From Trypethelium eluteriae (taxonomy: Eukaryota): DNA of 64,000 nucleotides. Shown here piece after piece: positions 36,038 through 50,156 of this stretch. The notes under the pieces were generated by a model. The model searched no databases. It was not told the origin of the DNA and saw only the letters and a program-made list of their open reading frames with translations. Within the stretch, counting starts at the first letter, position 1. Each line of letters begins with the position of its first letter. A program made the translations under genes and the position numbers. The stretch is taken from the NCBI GenBank assembly GCA_051942245.1, contig JAVECL010000017.1, positions 1-64,000 of the forward strand. The letters run 5' to 3'.

Positions 36038-39000
36038 ATGGGATCGAGAACTGAATACGGTCGTCGGCTAGTACCCAATGTCATCGATGAGATCGCATGC
36101 AAGGATCCCCAACGCGAGGCTTTCCAGATTCCACGATCAGATGATCCGAAGGATGGATGGAAAGCCATCACTTTCAACGACTACGCAAATGCAATCAATC
36201 GCAGTGCCCTCGAGATTTTCGAGACCTGTGGCAAAGCCGCAGAGGACAAGTTCCCGACCATTGCGTACATTGGTCCTCAAGATGCGAGATACGTGGTAAT
36301 AATGGTCGCTGCTGTCAAAGCCGGCTACAAAGTAAGTCCGGTCAATGCCATTGCATTTTCAGTACAGTCATAAATGTCAATAAACAGGCACTGTTTATAT
36401 CTCCCAGAAACTCGCAAGAAGGTCAGATAAACCTCTTCGAGCAAACGAAATGCCACATCATAGCCTTTCCTCAATCCCACCACGCCATGGTCCAGCCTTG
36501 GTTGCGGGAAAGAGACATGAAGGCTGTCGAAGTCGGCTCTTTTGAGAGTTGGTTCTCAAAAGAACAGGTGCCTCACGTTCCTTATCATAAGACCTTTGAG
36601 CAGGCTGAATGGGAGCCGTTTTGTGTTCTGCATACTAGTGGTAGTACTGGCCTTCCAAAACCCATTGTCGTCAGACCGGTACGTGTTTCACATCTTTTCC
36701 CATCAAGCTTCCAAGTTCAGTGGTTAACAGGATGACTGAAGGGAATGCTCGCTATTTGCGATGCCTATCATAATTTCCCCAACTGGCAAGGCTACACTCA
36801 TTGGGTTCGCGCGTGGACGGAGAGATCCAAACGACATTTCACCCCTGTAAGCTCGAATTCACAAATCGTGTCAGTCCTCGGAGTCTAAAGCTTTAAAAGA
36901 TGCCTTTATTCCACGCAGCCGCTCTATATGTTTTCATTTTTTTTGTTGTCTACTGGGAAAGCCCTGTCGCCTTAGGAATCCCCGAAAGGGCACTATCCTC
37001 TGACTTAGTTGTCGAGTGTCTAAACAACATGGATGTTGAGTGCGCGGCTCTGCCTCCTTCTGTTCTTGAGGATATGAGTCAGAGTGAGGAATGCATCGCC
37101 GCACTGAAGAAGCTGAAACTGGTTGTCTTCGGAGGTGGTAAGTGGAACCATTAACGAATATTGGTGTTGTTTACTCACTGTCATAGGCAATCTTGTCCGA
37201 GAAGCTGGGGACAGGCTAGTGAAACACGGGATTATTCTCAACAACACTGTTAATTCCACTGAGTAAGCTAGATTCATGCATAGTATAATAGCTGTAGACT
37301 CACATTTGACAGATTTGCTCCATACCCAGTGTATTTCCAGCCAAGGATCGAGCTGTGGCAATATCTTATCATCAACTCTGATCTGTTCGGTTGCGAGTGG
37401 CGCAAGGCAGATGATGACGTGTACGAGCTCGTCGTCGTGCGCAAAGACAAACAGCCAGGCCTACAAGGCTTCTTCTACACATTCCCAGACCTAAATGAGT
37501 ACAGCAACAATGATCTCTACAAGCCCCATCCGACGCTGCCCGACCACTGGATCTACTATGGCCGTGCCGACAATATTATCGTATTTTCGAACGGCGAAAA
37601 ATTGAATCCTGTCACGATCGAAGATATTGTCCAAGATCATGCGCAGGTCAAGGGAGCTCTGGTGGTAGGCTCAAATAGGTTCCAGCCTGCCCTCCTGCTT
37701 GAACCTTCCACGCACCCCAAGGGTGAAACGGAGGAATGCGAATTTATCGACAGTCTGTGGCCGCTTGTGGTGCAAGCCAACAGCGAAACAGTAGCTCACG
37801 GCCAAATTGGCCGAGATTTTATCGCTATTTCAAACCCGGACAAGCCCTTCGTCAGGACTGGAAAGGGTACAATCCAGCGAGCTGGCACAGCTAAGCTCTA
37901 CGCGGACGAAATTGATCGACTCTACGAGAATGCGGAGCAAGGATCTCATTTTGGAGCGCCGCAATTGGATGTAAGCTCTGAAGGATCGTTGATCGAATCG
38001 ATCCAAAAAACGCTCGAATCACACGTGCACGCATCAAGGCTCCATCCAGAAACCGACTTCTTCTCGGCGGGCATCGATTCCTTGCAGGCCATGAATGCGT
38101 CGAGGCTCCTCCGGGCAGGTCTGAAGGCTTCCGGCTATGCCGCTGACTCTACCTCGCTAAGCGCCCGAGCTGTCTACAACAACCCAACACCTCGTCGGCT
38201 TGCCCAATACATACTCCGCTCAATCATCCACGGAGGAGGAGCTGTAAATCATGAAGATGAGGAGAGGCACGAAGTCCAAGTCATGAAGGCGCTCCACGAG
38301 CAATACACCCGCGACCTCATCCAAGCCAAGCCCGGCCGTCCCAATCCCTCCACCCAGAACCAAACCGTCCTACTAACCGGCTCAACAGGCACCCTAGGCT
38401 CCCACCTCCTCGACCAGCTCGTCCGCCACCCCGCCGTCCACAAAATCATCTGCCTCAACCGGGCCGCCGACGGCGGCGCCACCCAGCAAGCTTCAGCGAT
38501 GGCCTCGCGCGGCCTCGCACCCCCAACCTCGTACGCCGCCAAAACCGAATTCCACCACCTCGACGCATCGCAGCCCATGCTCGGCCTCTCCGCAGACGTG
38601 TACGCTCGGCTCCTCAGCGAGGCAGATCGCATGATCCTCGCCGCCTGGCCCGTCAACTTCAATCTCTCGACCGAGGCGTTCACGCCGTCCCTGCATGGCG
38701 TGCGCGGCTTCGCGGACTTTGCGGCAGCGGCGGAGAAGCGGGTTGCCGTTGTGTTCGTCTCCTCGGTGGCGACGGCGGAGCGCTGGGAGCCGGGGAGAGG
38801 ACCGGTGCCGGAGGAGAGGCTCGACGTCGACGATGGTGATGATGGCGGCGGCTGGCGGCTCCCGAGTAATGGCTATGGGCGCAGCAAGATGGTTGGCAGC
38901 TTGATCCTTGAGGAGGCGGCGAGAGTGGGAGATTTCCCCGCGGCATCGATTCGGGTGGGACAGATTGCTGGGCCGGAGGCGGAGGCGGGAGCTTGGCCGC

Positions 39001-39503
39001 GCCAGGAGTGGCTGCCGAGTTTGGTCGCGAGCAGCTTGTATCTGGCGGCTTTGCCGAGAGAGCTGGGCCGGGTTGATCGCGTGGACTGGACGCCGGTCGA
39101 GCGCGTCGCCAGGCTGGTGTTGGATGTGGCCGGGGTCGTCCAGCATGCTAAAGACGCGAGAGAGATCAGCGGCTACTTCCACGGCGTCAATCCGTATGCG
39201 ATTTCCTGGCAGGAGCTCGCTCCGGCGGTGCAGCATTTCTATGGGGGCCGTATCAAGGAATTGGTCAGCTTTCAGGAGTGGGTGGGCCGGCTTGAGAAGA
39301 GCCAGACGGATGATGCGAAGGCGATCGATGCTAATCCGGGTCTCAAAATCCTCGACACGTACCAAGCTATTGCCCGTGACTCAGATGCCAAACCTGTCAT
39401 CTTTGATATGCAACGTGCAAATGCCACGAGCCCGGCGATGAAGGAGGCTGGGGCTATCACGCCGGAGCTAATGAAGCATTGGTGTACACAGTGGGAATTT
39501 TAG
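36038..39503 (+). CDS. NRPS-like A-T-R enzyme (carboxylic acid reductase type)
   Basis: A domain HTSGSTGLPKP, PLFHAA, DLYKPHP and GRADNIIVFSNGEK. T domain DFFSAGIDSL. R domain TGSTGTLG, YGRSK and RVGQIAG. Five GT-AG introns in the 5' part, all restoring frame. Confidence 0.93.
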
Positions 39504-40046
39504 GCGAAACCGTATTTTGACGCTAGAATTTCTTCTATGTAGAGAAGATAGACTGATGTCAACATGTGATGGGCTTTTCAAAGGCAGACTTCCATTTTGA
39601 GGATGTGAATGGAGTCTCGTAAGCAACGTTCGACTATGCATCTTTGGATGGACTTCTCGTGACTTGTAGACGCTGGACTCGGTGGTCAGTTGGCCAGCGT
39701 TAAGACTTTATTCAGTCCTGGTCACAGAAAAATCATTGGGTTTGTGGTGAAGGACAATGCAGAGGTTTCAGCATGGCAGCTCGGTTGAGCTTGGCAACAA
39801 ACTCCAGCCCTAGCTTACTCATTTCCACGCCGGCCAAAATCTAGAGCAGTTGTGCCACACGAATACGGTACTTAATTACGCTCAGGTTATAACACATTTC
39901 TGGACATCAGCACCTATTGTATCTGAGATAACAAATGGTTATTCTCGAAATGGCCGACTTGTTCAATTTCTGTTTCTATCGCTATGTGGCAGCCGGATTC
40001 TATCAGGCGAACATGCTAAAATGAGCACTCAAGACGTTCCAGTTGA

Positions 40047-41188
40047 TCATTCCTCTACTGTGTCTGCGTAGCACTGTGACAGGGCGGCCTCTATGGTTCT
40101 GTGACCAGCAACCTGATTCTGAACCAATTTCCTGACCTCTGTTGCTTCGGCGTCCGTCAGCTGAACCTTGAGAGAATTCCAGTTTTCCTCGAGATATTTA
40201 ATTCTCTTGGTCCCAGGAATTGGGATGATGTCCTGGCCCTGTTTCATCACCCAGGCGATGCATAGCTGAGCCGCCGTGCAACCCTTCCTATCGGCAATTG
40301 CCTTGAACTGGTTGACCAGCTTCACGTTCGCGTCGAAGTTCTCATCGCTGAAGCGCGGAAATACGGAGCGCCAGTCACCCTCGCTCGAGACAGACTCCTT
40401 CGAGTTGAGGGTACCAGTCAGCAAGCCTCGTCCCAGCGGTGAATAGGCGACGGTAGTGACACCAAGCTCACGGCAGGTCGCGAGGAGGTGAGTACCCGAC
40501 GGACCCTCGATGTCTAGGTCAAAAGGCGAATATTCAATTTGGACGGCATCGACGTGGACGATCTTTTCCGCACGACGTAGCGTGGCGGAGCTGACTTCAG
40601 ACAAGCCGATATATTTGATCTTCCCCTGTCTTGAGAGACGTTAGACTGAGTTCGACTTGGTGACCCGAAACATGCAGGACTTACTCCTTCAGCTCCTTCA
40701 TAGCCCGCATGGTCTGCTCAATTGGAGTCTTGGGGTTGGCGCGATGCATATAGTAAAGATCAATGTGGTCGGTACCAAGCAGCCTCAAACTCTCTGCACA
40801 AGCCTTTTTGCAATACTCCGCCGAACTGTCAAGCTCGGAGAAGCCGGGGGCACCCTTCACAAAGCCAAACTTGGTCGCGAGGAAAATTTGATCCCTCTTT
40901 CCCGTTCGCTTGAACCACTTCCCCAAGAGCTCTTCGTTGTCCCCGTAAAGACTGAAAAAATGAGGACGTCAGTGAAGTCGTGCGGAGAGAGAGACTGAGA
41001 GTTACTTACTCGGAGCTATCCCAGTTGGTAGCGCCTAGTTCCAATGCCCGATCGAGCACTTGGAATCGCTCCTCATCGCTTGGTGGTTGTCCGTAGAGCA
41101 TGGACATGCCCATGAGACCGAGACCCAACGCGGGGATTTGTGGTCCATTCTTGCCGAGTTTACGAGTAGGTACGCTGGTGTTCGACAT
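40047..41188 (-). CDS. Aldo-keto reductase
   Basis: LGLGLMGMS, IFLATKFG, SLRLLGTDHIDLYYMHR, QIEYSPF, AYSPLGRG and IPIPGT motifs. Three exons. Confidence 0.93.
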
Positions 41189-42602
41189 ATTGATGTATTT
41201 CGTTTGCTTTGGCTGCGATTTGTTGTCCAATTGCTATGAATCCGAACGTGAGGCTTCAGTGTCTTGGCAAGTTTTATATATTAGAGAGCCCATGGTCCTA
41301 CAATAGGTACCTGAGGTAGGTATCCAGCACTCGAGTCAATATTAGGCACTTGTGCTACCCATTTCGTCATTGGTCTGAACGAGCCGTTTGCAGCGGAGTT
41401 TAGGTCGGAGCTGACATCTTAATGCCGACCCGTACATTACTGAGGCAGATCTCGAGATGACCTGGATCATACCGTATGCAGTGCCGTTGCAGTGGGTATG
41501 TGGTCACGGATTGGCCGCGAGCTTGCGTCCATATCTTCGTGTGAGGGTTCGAAGGTTCGGAGCTAAGGACACGTACGGTAATGATAGCATGGCTGTGGAG
41601 AGTCAAGTCTTTCACCGAATTTTAGCCTATGCTTATTTCTTTTCGCCAATCAAGGCGGAAGGGGCAGCAGTCGTTACTCTTCCTAACATTTGTTTTGTAC
41701 CTTAGTAATGCGTAGGTCCGTGCAGCTTTGGTCAGTGCTTTGGGTCCCGCCGCCGTCTTACGCCGTCTCACGCACTATTTCATCATGGCAGTCCAAGCGA
41801 CTCCAATGCATTTCAGCCTTACGATCCTTGCTCCGCTTGTCCTTGTCTGGGGCCAAAAGATTCGGGAGCGACGGGAAGGCATGCAGCACCTGCTTCCGTC
41901 CGACCGCTAGAGTAGCGTGGATCATCTAAAACCAACTCTAACCAGAAACGGGAATTCCGAGGAGTGGAAGTCAAATTGATATAGCAGGTGTATTTTAATC
42001 CTTTCGATCTGGATTACGGATTATGCTGGGACTAACTCCGACTTATAGGTCTCTTCTAAAGTTAGAGATCCCAAGGTACTCTATGGTATGAACATGACAT
42101 TGAGTATTTCGATATATCTTTGTCCTTTTCTAATTGGATTAGATATAAACTGTATCAATACCATACGACAGTCATTGACCGTATAGCATAGCTCTGCAAA
42201 TTTCCTTACGATGCCAGTGGTAGAAGCACTAATTCCAGCTCCGCGATCCACTATCGGCGCAGTTCCTCCAAGCGCCACGTGTTCCTCCTAATGTCAATAT
42301 TTCATAAGACCCATTGATGAGAAATAAGAGTTGAGATTCTCTAGCAGATACCCATAGCGGTAGAAGAAGCGTCAGACCAATGCGGGCTTTGAGGAGCTAG
42401 AATGAACGGGATGTTTACTATCGTCAACCAACTGAGCAACTGCGAGGCCATAACCCATGATGCAGCCAACATGAAGCCACAATCAGCTCTCCGCGGGGGA
42501 ACAACTTGATAAGACTGCAGACATTATCTTTTGGTATTTACATCGAAGGCACGATCCAGCGAGATACACGCCCCCTCTCCTTGCATGCATGTGGTATGGC
42601 CC

Positions 42603-43200
42603 TCAATCATCACACAACGGCCCCGACGTAACTTGGCTCAGCCGATAGTCGATATACGATGACGTATTCTTGTTGTCGGACGGCCCCATACGAAGGTTAG
42701 CGACAAAGGTCGACTCAGTCAGCGCGGCGTACTTGCTTGACGCCGCTGCCTGAAACGTCCATGTGGTGAAGGTGTTGAGCTCGCCCCATTTCAGCGGCTC
42801 CACTCCAGTTTCGTTGGCGAGGATTGCCTGAACGTGCGGCGTGTTGGCGAGCAGACCCGTCCCCGTAAGTCCGATGTAATCGCCGTCGTCCGTCGCCAGC
42901 AGGCCGCGCGCATTCAGCGTATACGGCCCGCCCGTGTTAAGATAGTTGAAGTCGTCAATGTGTATGGTTGTGGCGTTCACCGTCGGGTTGTATCCCGGCA
43001 GGGATGTCAGCGTACCGACGCCATTACCGTTGGACCAGAGTCCGCCCGTCGAGAGGTTGCCTACGGGATACAAGGAGAAGATTCGTAGCTGGTTTAGCCA
43101 AATTGATTAGCTGCCTGGAAGGGCAGAGTAAATGTGGATGATTTGTACTAACATTGAACACCAATGCGGGAACAAGCGTGTTAAATCCGCACCGAACCAT
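42603..43200 (-). CDS. DUF3237/UPF0311-like small beta-barrel protein
   Basis: LNARGLLATDDGDYI...G and TFQ...KYAALTESTFV resemble DUF3237. A short exon 1 (MVRCGFNTLVPALVFN) is joined by a GTTAGT..CTAAT..CAG intron. Start codon uncertain. Confidence 0.6.
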
Positions 43201-43792
43201 TTCGAGCGCCACTAAGGAAGTCCACGTTTACTCGAGTTTATTGTGATGGGACGATTTGGGTGAGGATCAGCCATGCCTAATGGCCCTTCAAATGGGCTTT
43301 ATATATTGGCCATGGTTCGCTTTCCAACGTCACTAGTATTAGTAGAATCTCAAACCAAAAACTCCCACTACGACTCTGACTTCCCCGTTGTTCCTGCTCC
43401 CACGAACGGCGGGCCCTGACTCGAGCACAACCATAGCTTGCAGATCTACGTAGACCAAGCTAAGATGCCGGCAGAGGCGTCTGACAGTTGCTGCGGAGCT
43501 TGACAAGCATGCATAGCGCCTTCGGAAGGAGACGGGTGTACCACCTGTTCCGAGTCCGACCTGACCGTCTATCTCGCCGTCCATGGAATCTAGCTATCTG
43601 TAACTGCGCAAATTAAATCCTTCAAGTTGCTTATCATCCTTACTGGAATAGTAAGGGGGATGGGGTTCGAACCGTCAATAGATATACAGCTGTTTTCCTA
43701 CAAACTTAGCGAGCATAGCTCTTACTTATGTTGAAGAAAGTGGCTCACTGGGGGAATTTCATATTTTCTGCTATATTTTGTTCAATATTATT

Positions 43793-43889
43793 TGAGTTGG
43801 GTCTAGTCTGTACCCCTCTTATCTCTAGACCTGTGGAAAGATAAGAGATCCATAAAGAGATGTGAGGGGCACAGACTAGACCCAACTCA
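43793..43889. repeat. 34-bp inverted repeat with 29-bp spacer (hairpin or MITE-like remnant)
   Basis: Left arm TGAGTTGGGTCTAGTCTGTACCCCTCTTATCTCT (43793-43826) matches the reverse complement of 43856-43889 at 31/34 positions. Confidence 0.85.
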
Positions 43890-44776
43890 GCTCTCATTGG
43901 ATAGTGATGGCCACGGCCCTAGCCAGCATGGACTATGACAGGCTCCGAGCGTCTAAGCTTGCTGAGATACTCTCTCCGCTCGGGGCAAATCAGTACAGAA
44001 CGTGTACCAGCCTTTGAAACAGCGCTTTCACAGCATGACTATGGCTTCTAAGCACCTTGCTCATGATTTGCCCCGCAAAATTGGCGCGTCCATGTTGAAA
44101 TGTTGAGCGTCGTTACTAAGCCAGGTAAGCTAGAGTACAGGCACTGGCAGGCGCCAAGGCTCAAACGGGTACTGTAGATGTATTTTAGGAGGATTTGCAT
44201 CCCTCTTCATCCAATTCAGGCGATCAGAGACGCCTGACTCGTTTCAGCTTGACAGGTGAAAATCTACTCATCGCACTAATTGGAAGATACCGTAAACGCC
44301 TGGAGGCTAGATTTAATCGCACGATACCAAATAACATTGTTCAACTTGGGAACGGCTGCTACTGCTTATCATTCACTAGGTATGTATGACGACTTCTAAC
44401 TCGTCGAAACTGAGATATCAATAGACGGAATCAGACAAAGGCAGAAGCGCTATATCAGGCTCTCTATCAGGCATAGTCATTTATTTTGTCAAAGTCTACC
44501 CCAGGCACCATTGGTATTGTAACCGCCGCAGACAGCATGTTGTCACGAAACATTTCGCGATTCCATTTCTTGTCGCTCAGTTCCTACCCGAAAATCTATT
44601 CTTGCAAGACAGATAAATCGATGAGCATTTCTAACATCCAACACATTATTACAGCCTACGTCGCGTTGAGTAAGCCTTCCAGCACGCTATACATATACCA
44701 AATCACCCATTGATTTGCCTTTGCGCTGCTACTGTGAGCGGATTGACGCACCGTTTGTCTTCTATATCTGTCCGCC

Positions 44777-47700
44777 ATGTCTTTTGTCCTCCCATATCCA
44801 ATCGGTTCCGACAAAGAGCCAATTATTGTCCCATACCTTGTTAAAGAGCCGTATGACTACACCAATGCTTATGGCTATAGAAACTTTCCCGCCAAATGTG
44901 GGATTTCAGTGGTTAACGGTCACTTCGATCCCACTATTCCCCACGATGACCTTGCTGCGCTTATGCAATCATGGCTCTACTTTGGTCTGATCGACGAGGT
45001 TCTACAAAAGAAAGTCTCCCCGCATCTGAGTCTCGATATTCGGCTTGAGTCACGCCTGTCTGACGAGATTCGGGAATTTAAAAGTCATTGCCTCCATTTC
45101 GACTGGCCTGGATGGATGAAGTCTCTAGTAGACTCTTCCTACCGGGGCAATCGTCTTCTTTTTCGAGAGAGTGTGGTCCCTCTCGTGTATGCGGTAAACC
45201 AGAATCTCCCTCATCCCCACATGACCTGGCGTCTCTCGCGTCGTGAAGAAAACGCTCGTGACTTGGGGCCATATTCGTCCCGCCAGAAATTGCGGATTCA
45301 GACGTGTCTTAGTGACGCAGAAGAGTTTTTTTCTTTATTTGATAATGTCAACGGCGCGGCAGATTCCAATCTTGCGAGCGTAACTCTGTCAGTTGCTATC
45401 CTTATCAGCTACTTACGGTCTGTCTGCAACTCGAAGACATTTCTCTCGCGACACTCAGTACCAATTCATGGGACCAATGATAAACAGTCGACCTGGAATG
45501 TATTTCGACCATTGCAGAACCCTCAGGGATCCCTCACTGCTAAGCTGTTACTCGCGCGCTTTCAGCAAAGTGGAAGATGCACATGGCGAGTCATAAAGGA
45601 ATTCCCCAACCTGGATTCGATCTCGCTTTATTTTCTATCTTCTGTGCGATCAAATCCACGTCTGAATCAACATAACCATTGTTCGAGTGCCGCATGCATT
45701 TGGAACATCGGAAGACGACAGGAAATCAATGCAAATGCTTCCAGTGGCAAAGCTCGCCATCGCTCCGAGGGATGCTCATGCAGAGCCGTTGAATCACCCA
45801 TTGATCGCGTTACTCAGCTCATTCAGAATGGCGATATACCGCTCATGTCTATCACCCGTGATACGAGTCCTACATGTCAACTCAAGCTTGATGTCATCAA
45901 GTATCATAGCTCCCACATGTATACCGCGATATCTCATCTTTGGGCAGACAGGAATTTGTGCTCTGTAGATGGCCTGAACAACTTGTATGAATGCCAGCTC
46001 GACCACATTGATACATCGCTAGGAAAGCTGTCAGAGGGTTATTCTGTTGCTGCCACCGGCTCTGGCATGGAATCTGGAAGCTCCAATCGACATTTGTTCT
46101 GGCTAGACACACTGTGCATTCCTGAACTGCAGACTGGCCCAAAGAAGAAGGCGATCAACATGATGAATGTTGTATATTCCTGTGCCAAGGAGATTTTAAT
46201 TCTTGACGACGAGCTGCAAAATCTATACCCCAGAGTAGAGAGGATACCAATAGACCGAGGAAAGGGCAGAGCAATGTTCCTCAGCGCACCTGCTCTGAGT
46301 CACCTACTGACTATCATAGCCCATGTAACTCTTTCGGATTGGGCAGGTCGAGCTTGGACATATCAGGAGAGCCGTCTTGGTCAACAATGTTTTGTTCAGC
46401 TTGGAAACTCTCTCGCGATCCTTGACGACAACATTCTCACATCGTATGCCAACCGTGATGCCGATACATGGATAGGGCGTTCGATTTCTAGAATCTGGAT
46501 ACACGAGCTGGTGAATTTTGTGCACGACTTGTTCCGGTTTCTGAAAAACCTAGGTCTCGTAGAGAAGCTCTCATACACTTGGATTGCTTTCTATGTGGCC
46601 TTAGACCATATACTAGCAGTAGTAGTGAGGCTGTTTGGCCCATTCCCATTTCGCGTATTCGCGAAACAGATCATCAAGAACCAGGTTTTCAACAATCCGG
46701 TCTGGCTTGCACAAGAGCATCGAGAAAACTGGGGATACTACTACGTGTATGACGATCTGTATACCAAAGTTGAGGGCTCTTTAGAAAAGCTTCACCCCCT
46801 TTTCAGAAAAGTTAAAAGCAAGGAAGAACGGTTCATTGCCATTTGGAATGCCCTTTCTGGACGATCGACTACAAAACCGGAGGATCTCCCTATCATTATC
46901 GCAAACCTCATAGGCTTTGAAACAAAGGACATTCTTAACATCCCTGACAGTAGCGAAAGGATGCGACGAATATTACTGAGTTTCGAGTGGCTTCCTGTAA
47001 GCATTATGTTCGTCAGCGGCGAGAAATTGCGTGATAAAGAATCACACGGAGATAGCTGGATACCCTGTGCACCTGAGGACACTCTGTCCTACTCCCAAAA
47101 ATACTTGACCAACTATGTAAGCATTACTAAAGATGCTACTACCCTGGAGGTTACAGATGACACCTTGTACCAGCTCGATAACTTAAGTCATCATCAAATC
47201 ACCAACTTCAACTTGGTGACAATCGGTTCACCAAATAATAGTGTCCAATCAATGGAGGTGCAGTCCAGTTTCCATGTGGAGAGTCTTGCGGTCAAAGCGA
47301 CACAAAACATTTCTCCACGGACAGATGATCTTCAAGAGTCTCAAGTCCACTACTTATTACTGGAAAGAACTCTACCACAAAACCGAGCAGAAGCCCTCGA
47401 CAGCATCAAGGGCGCAGTCTTTCGGTGCCATAGTAGCGACGATACGAATATGCTTCTACAATACGAATGTGCAGTCAGGGTGACATTACAAAATGCAGAA
47501 ATGGAGAAAACTCTACCAACCTCTATCCTTAAAAGACCTGGAAGAAGGCGGAAAGTATCTCTGATACGCGGTATGTTCGGACGTCTCTTTAGCCTGCCCG
47601 TACTAATCTAGATGTTCGCAAAGGTTTTAGCGAGTACAACCGACTGCCAATCCAGCTTTCGCCTCTAGACCCACTTAATTTCGCCCATGAGATATGGTCT

Positions 47701-47922
47701 TTTCCATTCATACTCAAGTCTACATTGACCGTGTACGCGACCATAGGATTATTTTTCCTCGGAGGCATGATCTTTTGTAATGATTCCGTCCCCGTTGCGG
47801 CGACTTTGGTTTTCGGATTGGTGGTCAGTCTTTTTGTTGTATCTTGGGGATTGCCCTTTCTGCACGACTGGATCATAGATACTCGCGAATCGGATTTAAT
47901 GCCTGGTCGTCGCTACATCTAG
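44777..47922 (+). CDS. HET-domain (heterokaryon incompatibility-type) protein with hydrophobic C-terminus
   Basis: QSWLYFGL, YTAISHLWAD, FWLDTLCIP, AINMMNVVYSCA..ILILD, WAGRAWTYQE and RSTTKPED motifs. Intron 47571-47623 joins in frame to a final exon encoding two TM-like segments. Confidence 0.88.
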
Positions 47923-48723
47923 ATAATGAGACACCATGGAGTCGCAGAAGAAACCATATCTACATATGGATGACAGATGATGATTCTTGAATTATTTTTT
48001 GCAGGAAATGTGTAATATATTGCAGAAAGATTAGAGAAGTATGGCAAAGTTCTGAGAAAGTTAGATGGCCAGGTCTTACAAGGGAATATGGATACTCTGT
48101 AGGGAGATAATTATGGGTTGATACTTGTTGGAGCCAAAAGAAAAGAAAAAGAAAAAAGTAGGAGGCAAAATGAGGAGAGTAATGTGTCTCAATTGTGAGC
48201 TAGTGTACCAAGTTCATATTGGTATATGTAAGTAGTCACCTTTTCCTCCACTTCGCGGGCTCAGCTTCTACAATCAACCTCTTTCATTTCAACTAATTTT
48301 GTTCGTTAACAGCTTGTATCCCTAGTTCAATACTGTCATTTCATCGTGTTCACGTATACTAAATTGCGTCCCCATTAAATCAAGGTGATGATGTCTGTGT
48401 GAGTATCAATCGTACTCTATCACATGATCAGGTGTGGAAATCGGGCCCAAATACCTGGATACCCAGCCAAGTTGTTCCTCTTACCCACATGGTAAATCTA
48501 TAAGGTCTTATCGCTTTCAAGCATCTTCCTCACACAGTCATCAGGTAGAAACAGGTCTCCTCGATCAAGATTGCAAATTCATAATTGTCTTACGGGTGCC
48601 CCAACCCGTCATCAACTATACGCAAGAAAAAACAATAAAAACAAAAGAAAGAACAGCTTCCGTCAACTCGTGGATATCATCGATTTCCCTGTCTCCCTGC
48701 TAAAGGAATCTTTGGGTATCCCC

Positions 48724-50156
48724 TTAGCTCTCTGATCTCCTCCCGTTGAACCGCTGCGCTGCTACCAGTGGAACGGTCAACAAAACTACTGCAGCAGCCA
48801 TGACCGCACCAGCAAAAATTTGCGCATGCGCGAACTGAGCCTTGCCAATATCCGCCAGGGCCCCAGCAATCGGGGCGCCGATGAGTACACCCACCGCAGC
48901 TGTTGCCCAGCTCATACCCAGCCGCGCACCGATGACATCGAGACTGGGGCTGAGCGTCGGGTGCGAGGTGCTAGCAGCCGGCGCAGTGACGAGGACTCCC
49001 GACAGAAAGCCCCATGCGATGGTCCACACGACCATGCCAGCCGTCGAGCTGACCGAGATCCAGCTGAACAGCAGGATGATGCCGACGGCATCCCAGAAAA
49101 TGAGGATCTGGATCGGGGTGACGCGAGCGCCGAGCATGTAGGGCATCGTGCGGCCGAAGAATGAGGCTGCGTTGCTGATGGCCAGGAGGTAGAAGGCGAA
49201 GTTGGTGCCCGTGTGGACTCTGGCCCGGGCATATGTCGTGAGGTAAAAGAGAGGGATGTAGTAGGCGAGGAACTGGAAGAAGAGGGCGGCGGCGAACATG
49301 CCGAAGATCGGTTCGCGAAAGGCTCGAGGATCCATGACCATACGCGCCTTGGGGGCTCGAGTACCCGGCTTGCGGCAGAGAATGATCAGGGTGGGAATGG
49401 AAATGCCCAGATTGACGAAAGCGATGGCTCGCACTGCCCATCCAAAGCCCGAGTCTGGAGTCAATCTGCGGAACATGATGGGAAAGATGATGCCACCGAT
49501 ACTTGCGCCGGTAGAAGCGCAGCCAAGTGCCAATGGCCGCCGCGTAGTGAACTTAGACGAGATGATGGCGAAGGCAGGAATGTTAATCGCCCCAGCCCCC
49601 AGCCCAACGCAAAACCCCTGAGCGAGCAGAACTTGGTAGTACTCTTTGGCAAGAGAGAGCATAAACATGCCGAATACCACCATGAAGTGACCGACTATCA
49701 TGACGGGTCGAAGCAGACCACGATCAGTCAAGGGGCCGGTAAGGATGCCGACAATGGTGACAAATGTCGATTGAACGCTGCCAACCCATGACAGTGTTGA
49801 AGCAGACTTCCCTGGTAATAGTTCTGTCTGATAGTATTCCAGAAAAACACCAAAGGTGCTGGAGAGCCCCCTCGAAGCCTGTCAGTAACGAGGCAATGTC
49901 AATCTGAGATGGAAAATTACCAAGAATTTGCGAAGATGAAAAAGCCGGCAAGAACGAAGAGCCAGGCCTCGGCGCCTCCATTAGGAGGTTGGATTGGGGC
50001 TGCAGTTGGTGATGGCTGGGCGGCTTCAGGAGGGGTTACAGTTTGGCTTTCTCTCTCCGATTCCCCTGGATGGTCCTTATTCTCATTAGCTCTGGTGGTC
50101 CTCTTAATCTCCTCTAGGCCCAGTCCACGACTTACTTTTTCTACGTCAGGCACCAT
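48724..50156 (-). CDS. MFS transporter, monocarboxylate-porter-like
   Basis: PPNGGAEAWL.V...F...NSW|GLSSTFG, YYQVLLAQGFCVGLG, GASIGGIIFPI and GFGWAVR motifs. One intron near 49871-49921. Confidence 0.9.

Noticed and set aside
38249..39441. Long antisense and alternate-frame ORFs and GC rise in the NRPS-like R domain (possible chimera or overlapping gene)
   Set aside because: Explained by high GC3 codon usage. Similar GC-rich 3' halves occur in the GMC and MFS genes here.
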